Shown here: piece after piece, positions 10,111-21,229 of the stretch
How the letters are laid out: each line of letters begins with the position of its first letter
Position numbering within the stretch: position 1 is the stretch's first letter
Assembly (NCBI GenBank): GCA_963707955.1
Contig: OY970176.1
Span: 1,216,001 to 1,280,000, forward strand
Direction: 5' to 3'
DNA: 64,000 nucleotides
Source of the DNA: Candidatus Bathyarchaeota archaeon
Lineage (GTDB): Archaea; Thermoproteota; Bathyarchaeia; Bathyarchaeales; Bathycorpusculaceae
Translations under genes and position numbers: made by a program
The notes under the pieces: generated by a model
Databases searched by the model: none
What the model was told of the DNA's origin: nothing
What the model saw: only the letters and a program-made list of their open reading frames with translations

Positions 10111-10464
10111 GTGCAGAGACGTGTCAATCCGCGTGAAGCAAGACGCATGATGCAACGCATGGGCATGAGCATGGACGCAGTTGCGGATGTTGAACAGGTT
10201 GTCATAAAAACAAGCGCAAAAGAGATAACTATCGAGGAGCCTGATGTTGCGGTGCTTGAAGTGCAGGGCCAGAAAATCTATCAGGTGACAGGCGGCAAGA
10301 TCACTGAGAAAGCCGCAGAGCGTAAGCCCTCGGGAATAGCTGAGGAAGACGTAAGACTCGTGGCCGACCAGACCGGCAAGAGCCCAGATGAAGCCAGGAG
10401 AGCCTTAGAAGAAAGTGGCGGAGACCTGGCAAAAGCAATTCTTCTATTACAGTCAAAATTCTAG
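10111..10464 (+). CDS. nac: nascent polypeptide-associated complex protein
   Basis: RRMMQRMG NAC domain plus C-terminal UBA (GGDLAKAIL). Confidence 0.95.
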   Translation: MQRRVNPREARRMMQRMGMSMDAVADVEQVVIKTSAKEITIEEPDVAVLEVQGQKIYQVTGGKITEKAAERKPSGIAEEDVRLVADQTGKSPDEARRALEESGGDLAKAILLLQSKF

Positions 10465-10692
10465 CATTCGATCTCTTTTTACTCAGAACACTAACTCGCG
10501 AGCTTTTCACAAACTGTAGGGCCGCTAGTCGATGGATTCAAAAACGGTTGTTGCAGAGAGGAAAGTTGAAGAAACCATTAGGAATATACTTGTAGACTCG
10601 TTTACGGTCCGCGCGCAGAATGAAAGGTAGTGAGGTTCCGTTTAGTTTAAGTTTACTTGGGGTCAATATGCTAGGCGAGGTCAGATTCGCGC

Positions 10693-11607
10693 GTGTTCGA
10701 CATTGTTTCAGCAGGGCACTTTGCTGTGGATTCGATTTTCCTGCCTGATCGAAAGACTGCGTTTGTCGTTTTAGGCGGTTCCGTGACTTATGTTTCCCTT
10801 GCTGCGAGGCGCTTGGACGCCAGAGTTTCAGTTATTTCTAAGGTTGGCAGTGACTTTCCAGAGGCTTACAAGTGGTGGCTTGGGCAGGAGAGTGTTGACT
10901 TATCGAATTTGCTGAAGGTTGAGGGGACGCGGACTACACGTTTTGAACTGAAATACAACAGTGATTTTTCAGACCGTGACTTGCGGTCAGAGTGCAGAAT
11001 GTCTCCAATCACTGTTGAAGATGTGTCGAATCCTCCGAGGGCCAAAGCTGTTCATATCGGACCCATAGCTGGCGAGGTTGCATACGATGTTGTCGAGAAG
11101 CTGAGAAACTGTTGTGAAGTCACCTCTCTTGATCCGCAGGGATTTGTGCGCCGGTTTGACGAGAACGGGAACGTTACCCTTGGGCCGCTCGTGGACGAGC
11201 GTGTGTTGGAGCTCATCGACATTTTCAAGTCTTCACTCAGTGAACTCTGGGCTGTGACCGGTCTTTCAGAGCTTGAACCGGCCGTGAAGGCAATACATGA
11301 TCACGGTGTCAAGATTGTCATAACCACTTTGGGTGCGAAGGGAGCGGCGGTTTCAGTTGAGGGCACAATCCATAATGTTCCAGCCTACAAACCTGAGAAG
11401 CTTGTTGACCCAACTGGAGCTGGAGACGCTTTCATCGGAGGTTTCTTGGCCGAGTATGTTCGTGGCGAAGATTGTTCTTGGTGTTCATGCGTCGGGACGG
11501 CGGTCGCTTCGCTAGTTGTTGAAGGTGTCGGTCCGACATTCTTCGGTGACAGAGAAGAAATCATTCGAAGAGCCCGCGTCCTCTATGAAAAAGAAATTAA
11601 GGAATGA
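10693..11607 (+). CDS. PfkB-family carbohydrate/nucleoside kinase
   Basis: GGSVTY and DPTGAGDAFIGGF signature motifs. Confidence 0.92.
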   Translation: MFDIVSAGHFAVDSIFLPDRKTAFVVLGGSVTYVSLAARRLDARVSVISKVGSDFPEAYKWWLGQESVDLSNLLKVEGTRTTRFELKYNSDFSDRDLRSECRMSPITVEDVSNPPRAKAVHIGPIAGEVAYDVVEKLRNCCEVTSLDPQGFVRRFDENGNVTLGPLVDERVLELIDIFKSSLSELWAVTGLSELEPAVKAIHDHGVKIVITTLGAKGAAVSVEGTIHNVPAYKPEKLVDPTGAGDAFIGGFLAEYVRGEDCSWCSCVGTAVASLVVEGVGPTFFGDREEIIRRARVLYEKEIKE

Positions 11608-11647
11608 AGTATACTGTAATTCATCAAAACCACGTATATGAGAGGCA

Positions 11648-11860
11648 ATGTCTTTGGGACGTGTCGCTAAGGGAGTGAAATGCAGCGTGTCGAGTTGTGG
11701 TAAAGATGCTGTACGTTCGCTTTCAGCTGAAAAGGTCAGAGCCGCAGGCCTGAGGGTTGGTAGCGAAAGGCACGCTTACCTGTGCAAGGAACACTACAAA
11801 GAGTATAAGAAGAAGACGAAGAAAGACAAGCAGATTGAGCAGTGGCGCTACAAACCATAG
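11648..11860 (+). CDS. small basic Cys/His (probable Zn-binding) conserved protein
   Basis: CSVSSC...YLCKEHYKEYKK; RBS-like GAGG upstream; directly upstream of thrS. Confidence 0.7.
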   Translation: MSLGRVAKGVKCSVSSCGKDAVRSLSAEKVRAAGLRVGSERHAYLCKEHYKEYKKKTKKDKQIEQWRYKP

Positions 11861-11881
11861 ACTTTGGAGGACAGACATTCA

Positions 11882-13753
11882 ATGCGAATATTGCAGCTGC
11901 ATGCGAACTTTATCGCATACAAGCCTGTTCAGAAAGAGATTGCCATGGCTGAGGAAACCGAGAAGGAAGAGGTCCGATTAGAAGAACTGATCGTTCTGTT
12001 CACCGCAGTTGAAGACGGTGACGATGCAAGAGTCGCTCAGAAGGCTATTGACGAAGTTCAGGCCTTTCTCGAAAAACTCGGCGCGAACCGCATTTTGATT
12101 TACCCGTACGCCCACCTGAGCAGCAGGCTTGCCAGGCCGTCAGAAGCGTTGAAAACGGTTCAAGCCATGGAAGCTTATGCGAAGAAGAAGGGCATAGAGA
12201 CATTTCGCGCACCGTTCGGCTGGAACAAACAGTTCACGGTCTCAGTCAAAGGTCACCCTCTCGCAGAGCAGTCTCGAGTGATACTGCCCGCAGAAGCCAA
12301 GGAGATAAAAGAAGAAGAGAAGGTTTCTGAGGCGGTGAAGGCCGAGGAAAAACTCAGGTCATCCTGGCACATCCTTCGGCCTGACGGAAAAATGGTGCCG
12401 GTCGAAGAGTTCAATTTCAAGGGGTACGTAGACCTTGAAAAATTCGCAAGGTATGAAATATCAAAGGTGAGAGCCAGCCAGCAGATGCCGCCCCACGTGA
12501 CGCTGATGAAAAGGCTGGAGATCGCTGATTACGAGCTTGGAAGCGACCCTGGAAACATCCGTTGGTACCCGAAGGGCCGGCTCATCAAGTCTCTACTCGA
12601 GGAGTTTGTGGGCGCCAAGATGAACGAGTATGGCGCGATGGAAGTCGAGACTCCTGTAATGTACGACTTTCATCATCCTAGCCTAGCAGATTACGTGAAC
12701 CGTTTTCCCGCGAGACAATACTTACTGAAGTCAGAGGGCAAGGAGCTGTTCCTGCGTTTTGCCGCGTGTTTCGGGCAGTTCTTGATGGTTCATGACGCGC
12801 AGTTCTCTTACAAACACATGCCAATGAAAGTGTACGAGTTAACTCGTTACAGCTTCAGGAGAGAAAAAAGTGGAGAGGTTGTGGGTCTCAGAAGGCTCAG
12901 GGCTTTCAGCATGCCCGACTGTCACGCCTTCTGCACAGACCTGAAGCAAGCCCGAAAAGAATTCGTGACACGTTTCAAGATGTGCATGCAAATTCTAGAA
13001 GAGATAGGCTTAGGCAAGGATGACTACGAAGTGGGGATACGGTTCACCAAAAACTTTTATGAAGAAAACAAGCGGTTCATCGCGTCCCTGGTGAAGACTC
13101 TCGGCAAACCCGTGTTGGCTGAGATGTGGAGTGAGCGCTTCTTCTACTTCGTGCTGAAATGGGACTTTAACTACGTGGACAATCAGGACAAGGCCGCTGC
13201 TCTCTCAACGGACCAGATCGACGTTGAGAACGCCAAACGGTACGACATAAAGTTCGTCGATGAGAAGGGTGAGAAGCAGTATCCGTTGATTCTGCACTGT
13301 TCTCCGAGCGGGGCGATTGAGAGAGACGTGTATGCGCTTTTGGAGAAGGCCTACAAAGAACAGAAGAGAGGCAGGCCGCCAATGCTTCCTGTCTGGCTTT
13401 CTCCGACACAGGTTCGGCTGATCCCTATATCCGACAACTTCCTCAAGGATGTGGAGAAAATGGCTGAAGAGATGGAAGCTCACCGTGTGAGGGTGGACAT
13501 CGATGATCGTGCGCTGACGCTGCAGAAAAGAGTACGTGAAGCTGAGATGGAGTGGGTTCCTTACATAATTGTTGTAGGTCAGAAAGAACTGGAGTCCGAT
13601 GTGCTTCCGGTTAGGGATAGGGCAAGTGGGAAGATGCGCAAGTTGAAACTGAAAGAGTTCATGGCGGAGACTGAAAAGATGATCAGCGACAAGCCCTTCA
13701 AACCGTTGCCGTTGCCGAAATATCTTTCTAAGAGGCCGCAGTTCTACGGGTAG
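11882..13753 (+). CDS. thrS: threonine--tRNA ligase (archaeal type with N-terminal editing domain)
   Basis: MRILQLH start, YPYAHLS, RAPFGW, LRFAACFG and LHCSPSGAIER motifs. Confidence 0.97.
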   Translation: MRILQLHANFIAYKPVQKEIAMAEETEKEEVRLEELIVLFTAVEDGDDARVAQKAIDEVQAFLEKLGANRILIYPYAHLSSRLARPSEALKTVQAMEAYAKKKGIETFRAPFGWNKQFTVSVKGHPLAEQSRVILPAEAKEIKEEEKVSEAVKAEEKLRSSWHILRPDGKMVPVEEFNFKGYVDLEKFARYEISKVRASQQMPPHVTLMKRLEIADYELGSDPGNIRWYPKGRLIKSLLEEFVGAKMNEYGAMEVETPVMYDFHHPSLADYVNRFPARQYLLKSEGKELFLRFAACFGQFLMVHDAQFSYKHMPMKVYELTRYSFRREKSGEVVGLRRLRAFSMPDCHAFCTDLKQARKEFVTRFKMCMQILEEIGLGKDDYEVGIRFTKNFYEENKRFIASLVKTLGKPVLAEMWSERFFYFVLKWDFNYVDNQDKAAALSTDQIDVENAKRYDIKFVDEKGEKQYPLILHCSPSGAIERDVYALLEKAYKEQKRGRPPMLPVWLSPTQVRLIPISDNFLKDVEKMAEEMEAHRVRVDIDDRALTLQKRVREAEMEWVPYIIVVGQKELESDVLPVRDRASGKMRKLKLKEFMAETEKMISDKPFKPLPLPKYLSKRPQFYG

Positions 13754-13838
13754 CGATGGCAACGATCAGCCAGTTCTGTCCAAAAGATATATGAAACCTT
13801 GATTTGATAGATTAACTTCTCGTTTCGGGGGCAGTCCA

Positions 13839-14723
13839 TTGGAGAAGGAGTTGCAGGTTTACATAGACGGGAAATATTATCCGAAGTCGGAAGCGAAAGT
13901 TTCGGTTTTTGACCACGGCCTGCTGTACGGTGATGGCGTTTTCGAGGGTATCCGCGCCTACGACGGCGTAGTCTTCAAACTGAAGGAGCACATCAACAGG
14001 CTTTACAGTTCGGCTCACATGCTAATGCTGTCGATTCCGATGACCAGAGAAGAGCTGATCCAGAAGACGTTGGAAACGTTGCGGAAGAACAAGTTGAGAG
14101 ACGGGTACATACGTCTAGTGGTTACGAGGGGGGCAGGCGACCTCGGGTTGAATCCGAAGAACTGCCCAAAACCAACAATAATCATAATCACAGACACGAT
14201 CTCCATGCACAAGGATGACGCCAAAGAGAACGGCGTCACTGCCATGATTTCATGGGTCAAAAGAGACCCTGTAGACGCAACGTCACACGAGATGAAGTCC
14301 CTCAACTACCTCAACAGCATCTTGGCAAAGATCGAGGCAAACATAGCCGGTGTTGATGAGGCAATCTGTCTTGACAAGAACGGGTTTGTCTGTGAAGGTG
14401 TAGCGGAAAACGTGTTCATAGTGAAGAACGGCAAGATACAAACGCCGCCTAGTTGCACGGGCGCCTTACCCGGAATAACAGCGGAATCGGCTAAGACCCT
14501 CGCTAGACAGCTGGGGTATGAAGTATCTGAAAAGAACGTGACACCTTATGAGCTGTTCAACGCTGACGAGGTTTTCTTCACGGGAACAGCCGTGGAAATC
14601 GTGCCTGTGAGAGAAATAAACAAAAGGTCTATAGGCGACGGCAGGCCAGGTCCGATTGCGAGAAGACTGATAGCAGAGTTCTCAAGAATGGTTCTCGATC
14701 CGAAGGAAGGAATAACCATCTAA
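13839..14723 (+). CDS. ilvE: branched-chain amino acid aminotransferase
   Basis: LYGDGVFEGIRAY, KSLNYLNS, LPGIT and FFTGTA motifs. Confidence 0.95.
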   Translation: MEKELQVYIDGKYYPKSEAKVSVFDHGLLYGDGVFEGIRAYDGVVFKLKEHINRLYSSAHMLMLSIPMTREELIQKTLETLRKNKLRDGYIRLVVTRGAGDLGLNPKNCPKPTIIIITDTISMHKDDAKENGVTAMISWVKRDPVDATSHEMKSLNYLNSILAKIEANIAGVDEAICLDKNGFVCEGVAENVFIVKNGKIQTPPSCTGALPGITAESAKTLARQLGYEVSEKNVTPYELFNADEVFFTGTAVEIVPVREINKRSIGDGRPGPIARRLIAEFSRMVLDPKEGITI

Positions 14724-14760
14724 CAATACCACGCGCTTTGTTGACGCAGGCTCATGCTTT

Positions 14761-15975
14761 TTACTTGTGTTTCTTCATGAAACCTTCAATTTCATCAAAC
14801 GCTTTTTCAAGAATCTCGATCGGTGGAAGGACAACTCCTCTAACGTGTCCAGCTCCGTACACTGGGTCGAATCCAGATCCGTGAACGAAAAGCACTCCGG
14901 TTTCCCTTAGAAGATCCAAAACGAACTCCATATCTGTCTTCCATTTTCTCCCTACTTCATGGATTTTGGGGAAGACGTAGAACGCGGCTTCAGGTTTTGC
15001 GCAACTGACCCCTTCGATTCCGTTCAGCCTCTTCCAAGCGAAGTGGCTTCTTTGCCGAAGTTTTTCAACTGTGGCGTTTATGTGTTCTTGCGGACCGTTT
15101 AAGGCTGCCACTCCGGCTTTCTGGACAGGCGTGTTCGCGCAGAGTCTTATTCTAGCTTCTTTCTCGATGCAGTCTCTCATTTCTTGCAGTTCGCCTCTTC
15201 GGCTGTGGAAGTACAGGTATCCGAGTCTCCAGCCTGTCATCAGGTAAGCTTTTGAAAAGCCGTTCAAGCCTATGACTGGAACGTCTCCGGCCAAGTGGGT
15301 TGTGCTGACAAACTTTTTCTGAAACACTAGCTGGTCGTAGATTTCGTCTGACAAGACTGGGACGTCGTTTTCGCCTGCCAGGTCCACTATTTCCTTTATC
15401 ATTTTGCCTTCGTACAGCGCACCGCAAGGGTTGTTTGGGTTGATGATCACTATTGCACGAGTCTTAGGTGAGATCTTTTTTCTAAGGTCATCGATGTTTG
15501 GCTGCCAGCCGTCTTCCTCAACTGTTTCGTATGTTATCGGTTTTCCGCCGAAGAACCTGGCATACGAGATGTAAGGCGGGTAAGTTGGTCCTGGGAGAAG
15601 GATTTCGTCTCCAGACTCGATGAGCGCGGCCATAACCATCATGATGCCTTCAGAAATTCCTGATGTGACAATCACGTCTTCGGCCGAGACTTCAACGTCG
15701 TTGACTCTTTTCTCTTTCTGGCTGATTGCCTCTCTGAGTTCTGGCAACCCTTCTGAGGGTGAGTAGAGATTCGCTCCTTCTTCAACCGCCCTGATCAGGG
15801 CTTGTTTGATGTGCGGCGGCGTGTCAAAATCGAACGCGTTTGGGTCTCCTATGTTCAGATAGTAGATCTTCTTGCCTGCTTTCGCAACTTGTTTTGCGTA
15901 GGGGATGACATCGCGAATCGCGTACTCGATTGTCTGCACTCTTTCGGTCGGCTTCGTTTTGGCCAAGTTTATCAC
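14761..15975 (-). CDS. class I/II PLP aminotransferase (alanine aminotransferase-like)
   Basis: EYAIRD, LNIGDP, INPNNP, SDEIYD and GFSKAYLMTGWRLG motifs. Confidence 0.9.
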   Translation of the reverse strand: MINLAKTKPTERVQTIEYAIRDVIPYAKQVAKAGKKIYYLNIGDPNAFDFDTPPHIKQALIRAVEEGANLYSPSEGLPELREAISQKEKRVNDVEVSAEDVIVTSGISEGIMMVMAALIESGDEILLPGPTYPPYISYARFFGGKPITYETVEEDGWQPNIDDLRKKISPKTRAIVIINPNNPCGALYEGKMIKEIVDLAGENDVPVLSDEIYDQLVFQKKFVSTTHLAGDVPVIGLNGFSKAYLMTGWRLGYLYFHSRRGELQEMRDCIEKEARIRLCANTPVQKAGVAALNGPQEHINATVEKLRQRSHFAWKRLNGIEGVSCAKPEAAFYVFPKIHEVGRKWKTDMEFVLDLLRETGVLFVHGSGFDPVYGAGHVRGVVLPPIEILEKAFDEIEGFMKKHK

Positions 15976-16023
15976 GTTTTAGGGCTGAGATTGTTCAGAA
16001 ATGAGATAAAGATTTTGGAGTGG

Positions 16024-17659
16024 CTAGCCTACTTCAAACGTTGCAGATGTTTGGTATCCGTCCGCAGTCTGTATGGTAATCGTCACGTTTTGACCAACGT
16101 ACGGTTCCCATTTCAACGCAAAGAGCATTTCGACGACTGACCCTATGGAAATCTGTTGTCCCGCATCAGTTGCGGATTGCCAGGAGATCAGCATTGTTCC
16201 GTTCGCGGCCACGGTATTCATCTGGGTCACTGTTTCGTTGATTTGGGAAAACTCGCTGTTGTAGATTGTGACGTTTAAGTAAGGACTTCCAGGTGAGAGA
16301 TAGATGAAAGAGGCATTGGTTATTTCGAGGTATGGAACCGTCAGGTTGTAAGTGAGTAGCGATTCGTTTGAACCATACGTAAAGTGAGCTATCACGGTGA
16401 CGTTTTGTCCGACGAGGCTTGACCAGTTGAGAACGCAGGTAAGAGTAGATGGTGCGCCTGGCGCTATCAGTGTTGCACTGGTAACGGTTTGGTTTTGGTT
16501 GAGGTCTACTTCTGTCACGTTGATGGTGTTAAGCGAATAAGGCATGTTGGTCATGTTTATGAGGAAAAGGCCGGTGTTGTTCAGGTCAAAAACCACGTTG
16601 TTTATGTTTGCTGCGACTCCCAGAGGCGTTGTGACAGTCTCAGACCCAGACACGAACCCTTCTTCAGTGTTGGCGGTCACTGTAACGTCCATGTCACGGT
16701 AGCTGATGTCTGTCCAGTTCCAAGCACACGCAAAAACGACGGTTTGATTCACGTCGATAGCCATGGGGAGACTTGGGTTTGAGAGGTTTCCGCTTATGAC
16801 GTCTACTGTGCTGTTATATGCCAAGGTTATGTTTGTGACGACCACAGAAGCGGTAGAGTCCGGCATGTTGGATAGTGTTATGTCGGTCTCATTCGTGTTC
16901 GTTTCGTTAAAGGTGACCTGTGCCACTTGCAGGTCGACCGAAGGAATGGCTTCTTGTATTTGAGACTGTGTAGCCTTCAAGCGTTTGAACTGTGATTATG
17001 GGTTTTACGAGCTCTTGCCAGTTTGCGAAGCAAGTAAACGTTATACTCTGGTTTGCGGGGATTACCGCTGGAACCTTTATGCTCAGGTTTTCGACAACAG
17101 AGTTGTAGTTAAGCAAAAAGTCCGATAGGGTCAAGTTGATCGGCGAAGGTTGATTCGTGACGGTCACGTTGAAATATGCGTCACTCTGGGAAGCGTTAAA
17201 ATTTGTGGCAACTCCAAGGGTTACCTGTTGCGTCTGGACAGAAAGCGCGGTCTCCGTGTTATTCGCGGTCAACACGTGCACTGAGATGAGGCTTCCAGCC
17301 ATCGCGCCCCATTGTAACGAGCAGGTGATGGTTTGGGAGGTTCCTACGGCAAGAACGAATGGAAGTTCTGGCGTAGAGTCCGTAATGCTGGATGCGTTGG
17401 TCCCGGCTGCTGTTATGTAAATGGTCGTTATGTTTGCACTGAAGCTTGAATGCGATGGGTTCAGAACTGTCACGTTGAAATGATTTGCGTCGTTGACTGG
17501 GAAATTAGCGCCTGTTACAATCACGTCTAGGCTGTTTTGGGGCTCCAGATAGAACGGTGCCATCGTCCACATGTATGCTATGAGGGCTCCGATTATCGCT
17601 GAGAGCAAGATGAGTAAGATTGCAAAGAGCGTGGAGATCGCCTTCACCTCTTTTCTCAT
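16024..17659 (-). CDS. surface protein with class III (pilin/archaellin-like) signal peptide and tandem beta-sandwich modules; frameshift near 16960
   Basis: MRKEVKA|IS followed by a hydrophobic helix; two overlapping ORFs share repeated W...VTV/ITxxTxxG module ends; many NxS/T sequons. Confidence 0.7.
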
Positions 17660-18019
17660 GTGCAAGTTCTTCCCTCGATTTTTAAACGATTGTTGTAAAT
17701 CATATTTCTCAGTAGTAAATAAGCATTCTCTAGTTCGTTTTCACTATCCACTCATCAGCTTGACCCGGTCTCTTGCGTTTTCAAAGCCTACGCGAGCAAC
17801 AGGGCTGTTGTTCAAAGCACACTTTCACAGTGTTTCTTTGGAGCAGATGTGCATTTCGCGTGAAAGAACCGACAAACTAATGTATGGGTCGCGATGAGTT
17901 CACGGAACAGAAAGGGTCTCTCGCAGCGAGCGCCAAGATCTTTTCTGCTTCTAGTGTTACAGCTAAGTTTAAATCTTGTTCACTTGAGATAATTCAGTTT
18001 CCGATCCGAAGGGTTAGGC

Positions 18020-19306
18020 ATGCCAGAACACGATGCGGTCATAGTGGGTGCGGGAATCATAGGGTTAGCAACTGGGTATCACATTAAAAGGATGAATCCT
18101 AAACTTGACGTTTTGATCGTTGACAGGCTTGGCGCCGCGGGCCAAGGAAGCACGGCGAAGAGCGCGGCTGCTTTCCGTTGTCTTTTTGCTTCTCGCACAA
18201 ATTTTGCTCTGGCGGATTCTTCTGCAGAGTTTTACAGGTATGTGCAAGACGACTTGCGCTTTGATCTTAAGCTACGGTGGGCTGGTTACCTGTGGTTTTT
18301 TGACGCGGAAAGCTACAGCAGGATGCTCCCAGTGCTGAGGGACCTGGCTGGCAAGGGTTTTCAGTATATGGAGTACGATGAAGAAGAGTTGGCTGAGAAA
18401 CTTGAGATGCGGACTAGCTTTGATAATGATGAAGAAGCCAAAATGATGGGGTTGGGCAACGTTCACAAGGGGGTTCTGATTCCGAAGGCAGGTTTGATCG
18501 ATGTGGACTCTCTGGTAAAGTTTTATGAGTCCGAGTTTCTCAGGCTCGGAGGGAAGATTCAGTATCACACTGACGTGAAGGAACTCGTCGTTGAGCCTCG
18601 CAGGCCTCTGGGTATGCCGGGTGAACCATACTTTTGGCAGGACGCATCGATCACGGGGGTGAAGACGACGAAGGGTCTGATAAAGGCAAAGAAAACAATA
18701 GTTGCGGCCGGCGCATGGATTTCTCAGCTCCTGGACCCTGTTGGGGTTGAATGCTTTGTCAAGGCTAAGAAGCGGCAGGTTTTCTCTATCAAAGCGAAGA
18801 CGGAGGGGCTGAAGAAACTATTGACATGCAAGGAATTCACGAGAGCAGGGTGTCTCCCGTTCACGATTCTTCCTAAACCGTCTGCCTACATTCGGCCTGC
18901 ACCTGAAGAAGACGCTCTTTGGCTAGCTTACGCTGACGAGTTTCCGAGAGCCTTCAAGGTAGAGGATGAACCTGAACCTGAAGAAAACTACTACACGTAC
19001 GGATTGTACCAAGTCGTAGTTAAGTACTTCCCGCAGTTTACAGACTGCCAGCCATTCTCAGCTTTCGCCGGGCTTTACGAGGTGAACAGCATCGACGGTC
19101 AACCCGTGATTTTTGAGGAAAACGACCTGATGGTCGTCGGCGGCGCAAGTGGAAGCGGCATATTAAAAGCTGACGCAATAGGAAGGATAGCTGGAGCACT
19201 CTATAATAGTGAAGAGTACGCTAACTTGTACGGTGACAGAAAGTTCAGGGTCAGCGACCTTGGCCTGAAACATAGAAGCGTCGAACCAGAAAAGCTCGTG
19301 ATCTAA
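18020..19306 (+). CDS. FAD-dependent oxidoreductase (glycine/D-amino acid/sarcosine oxidase family)
   Basis: IVGAGIIG, GSTAKSAA, AAGAW and C-terminal SGSGILKADAIG motifs. Confidence 0.9.
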   Translation: MPEHDAVIVGAGIIGLATGYHIKRMNPKLDVLIVDRLGAAGQGSTAKSAAAFRCLFASRTNFALADSSAEFYRYVQDDLRFDLKLRWAGYLWFFDAESYSRMLPVLRDLAGKGFQYMEYDEEELAEKLEMRTSFDNDEEAKMMGLGNVHKGVLIPKAGLIDVDSLVKFYESEFLRLGGKIQYHTDVKELVVEPRRPLGMPGEPYFWQDASITGVKTTKGLIKAKKTIVAAGAWISQLLDPVGVECFVKAKKRQVFSIKAKTEGLKKLLTCKEFTRAGCLPFTILPKPSAYIRPAPEEDALWLAYADEFPRAFKVEDEPEPEENYYTYGLYQVVVKYFPQFTDCQPFSAFAGLYEVNSIDGQPVIFEENDLMVVGGASGSGILKADAIGRIAGALYNSEEYANLYGDRKFRVSDLGLKHRSVEPEKLVI

Positions 19307-19380
19307 CCTCCATAAAGGATTACGCTTATTTACTTACGGTCACTTATTTTCATAACACTCATTTTCGGGAAGTCAGCGTT

Positions 19381-21216
19381 ATGTTCGGTTGGAACGGCAA
19401 GCTCTTACATGTAAACCTGAACAAAGGCAAAGGCGTTGCGGACAAGTATGAAGCGGGAATGGCCAAGAATTTTCTAGGAGGCAGAGGCTTTGCAGCTAAA
19501 ATTCTCTGGGATGAGCTTAAACCTGGGATCGACCCGTTGTCGCCAGAAAACAAACTTGTCTTTGCCGCTGGTCCTCTAACGGGCTTTACACTGCCGAGCA
19601 GTGGCAAGCTGGTTGTGGCCGCCAAGAGTCCGCTAACGTGGGGCTACGGAGACGGAAATGTGGGAACCTTTGCCGCTGTTCACATGCGCAAAGCAGGTTT
19701 TGACGCTGTCATTGTGGAGGGCAAGGCGCGTGACCCTGTTGTGTTGGTTGTTCGAGACGAGTCAGCTGAGTTTCTTGACGCCAGAGACCTCTGGGGTCTG
19801 AATTCCTTTGAAACGGAGAGGAAATTGGCAGAAGTCTACGGGCGCACAGTCGGCATCCTCTGCATAGGCCAAGGTGGAGAAAACCTAGTGAAGTATGCAA
19901 ACATAGTTTCTCAGGAAGGCAGGGCAGGCGGCAGACCCGGGATGGGCGCTGTTATGGGGGCCAAGAACCTTAAGGCCGTCGTGCTAATCGGCTCCAACGA
20001 GTTGCCCGCTGCCTATCCGAATGAGATGAAGGAGTTGGGGGCGGAAGCCTTGCGAGAGGTTTTAACCAAGCCTAACTATGCCTTCTGGAAACGTCAAGGC
20101 ACCATGAGCACGATTGAATGGAGCCAAGAGAACAGTGTGCTACCGACTCATAATTACAGCGAAGCCGTTTTTCAAGAGGCAGACGCCATAGGCGGGTTTG
20201 CCATGGAGAAGATAAAAGTTTCTAATCGCGGTTGCCCGCAGTGTAACATGACGTGCGGCAACGTCGTAAAGGATTCTGACAGGAAAGAGTCGGAGCTTGA
20301 CTACGAGAATGTTGCGATGCTGGGTTCAAACATTGGACTTGGCAACTTGGGAAGGGTTGCAGCGCTAAACAGAGTTGCGGATGAGTATGGTTTGGACACG
20401 ATTTCTTTGGGCAACGTCCTTGGGTTTGCGATGGAAGCCTCAGAAAGAGGACTAATCGCGGAGAAGGTTCCGTGGGGCATGTTCAAAGCAGCTAAAGCCT
20501 TGATCAAGGACATTGCATACAGACGAGGCTACTTGGGCAACCTCTTGGCAGACGGTGTCTATTCCGCTTCCGAGGAGATAGGTCATGGTTCAAGTCGTTG
20601 TGCTATGCACGTGAAGGGTTTGGAGGTTTCGGGTTATGATTGCCACACCACACCTGCAATGGCGTTGTCTTACGGAACCTGTTCCATCGGGGCTCATCAC
20701 AAGGATGCATGGGTTATTTCTTGGGAAGTGAAGGCTGGCCGCAAGGGCTACACTGCGGAAAAGGTTGACAAGGTGATTGAGCTTCAACGCATGCGCGGCG
20801 GAGTGTTCGAGTGTTTAACTGTTTGCAGGCTTCCATGGGTAGAATTGGGCTTTGAGCTTGAATGGTACCCGAAGCTGTTGCATGCGGCAACGGGCACTGA
20901 GATGCCGTGGGACGCCTTGAACTTGATCGGCGACAGGGTTTTCAACTTGATCCGCGCCTTCTGGGTCCGCGAGTTCGGCAAGAAGTGGAATTCCGGAATG
21001 GATGTTCCCCCGCCGAGGTGGTTCGAGGAGCCGTTGACCGAAGGTCCCATGAAGGGAATGAAACTCGACAGGGCCAAGTACGAGTCCATGCTGCGCATGT
21101 ATTATCAGAAAAGAGGCTGGGACGAGCATGGAGTCCCGCTGAAGTCAACTCTGAACAGACTTGGGCTGAAGGACGTCGCACATGATCTGCGCAGACACGT
21201 AAAATTGTCGGATTAG
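19381..21216 (+). CDS. aor: tungsten-dependent aldehyde:ferredoxin oxidoreductase family
   Basis: LGGRG, KSPLT, GRxGMGAVMGAKNLKA, CxxCxxxC, DxxGLDTIS and HVKGLE motifs. Confidence 0.93.
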   Translation: MFGWNGKLLHVNLNKGKGVADKYEAGMAKNFLGGRGFAAKILWDELKPGIDPLSPENKLVFAAGPLTGFTLPSSGKLVVAAKSPLTWGYGDGNVGTFAAVHMRKAGFDAVIVEGKARDPVVLVVRDESAEFLDARDLWGLNSFETERKLAEVYGRTVGILCIGQGGENLVKYANIVSQEGRAGGRPGMGAVMGAKNLKAVVLIGSNELPAAYPNEMKELGAEALREVLTKPNYAFWKRQGTMSTIEWSQENSVLPTHNYSEAVFQEADAIGGFAMEKIKVSNRGCPQCNMTCGNVVKDSDRKESELDYENVAMLGSNIGLGNLGRVAALNRVADEYGLDTISLGNVLGFAMEASERGLIAEKVPWGMFKAAKALIKDIAYRRGYLGNLLADGVYSASEEIGHGSSRCAMHVKGLEVSGYDCHTTPAMALSYGTCSIGAHHKDAWVISWEVKAGRKGYTAEKVDKVIELQRMRGGVFECLTVCRLPWVELGFELEWYPKLLHAATGTEMPWDALNLIGDRVFNLIRAFWVREFGKKWNSGMDVPPPRWFEEPLTEGPMKGMKLDRAKYESMLRMYYQKRGWDEHGVPLKSTLNRLGLKDVAHDLRRHVKLSD

Positions 21217-21229
21217 AAGGGAGTTTATC

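Noticed and set aside
17730-17925. Hammerhead ribozyme or C/D box RNA (CTGATGA...GAAA-like strings)
   Set aside because: Core spacing and stem II pairing do not fit the consensus on either strand.
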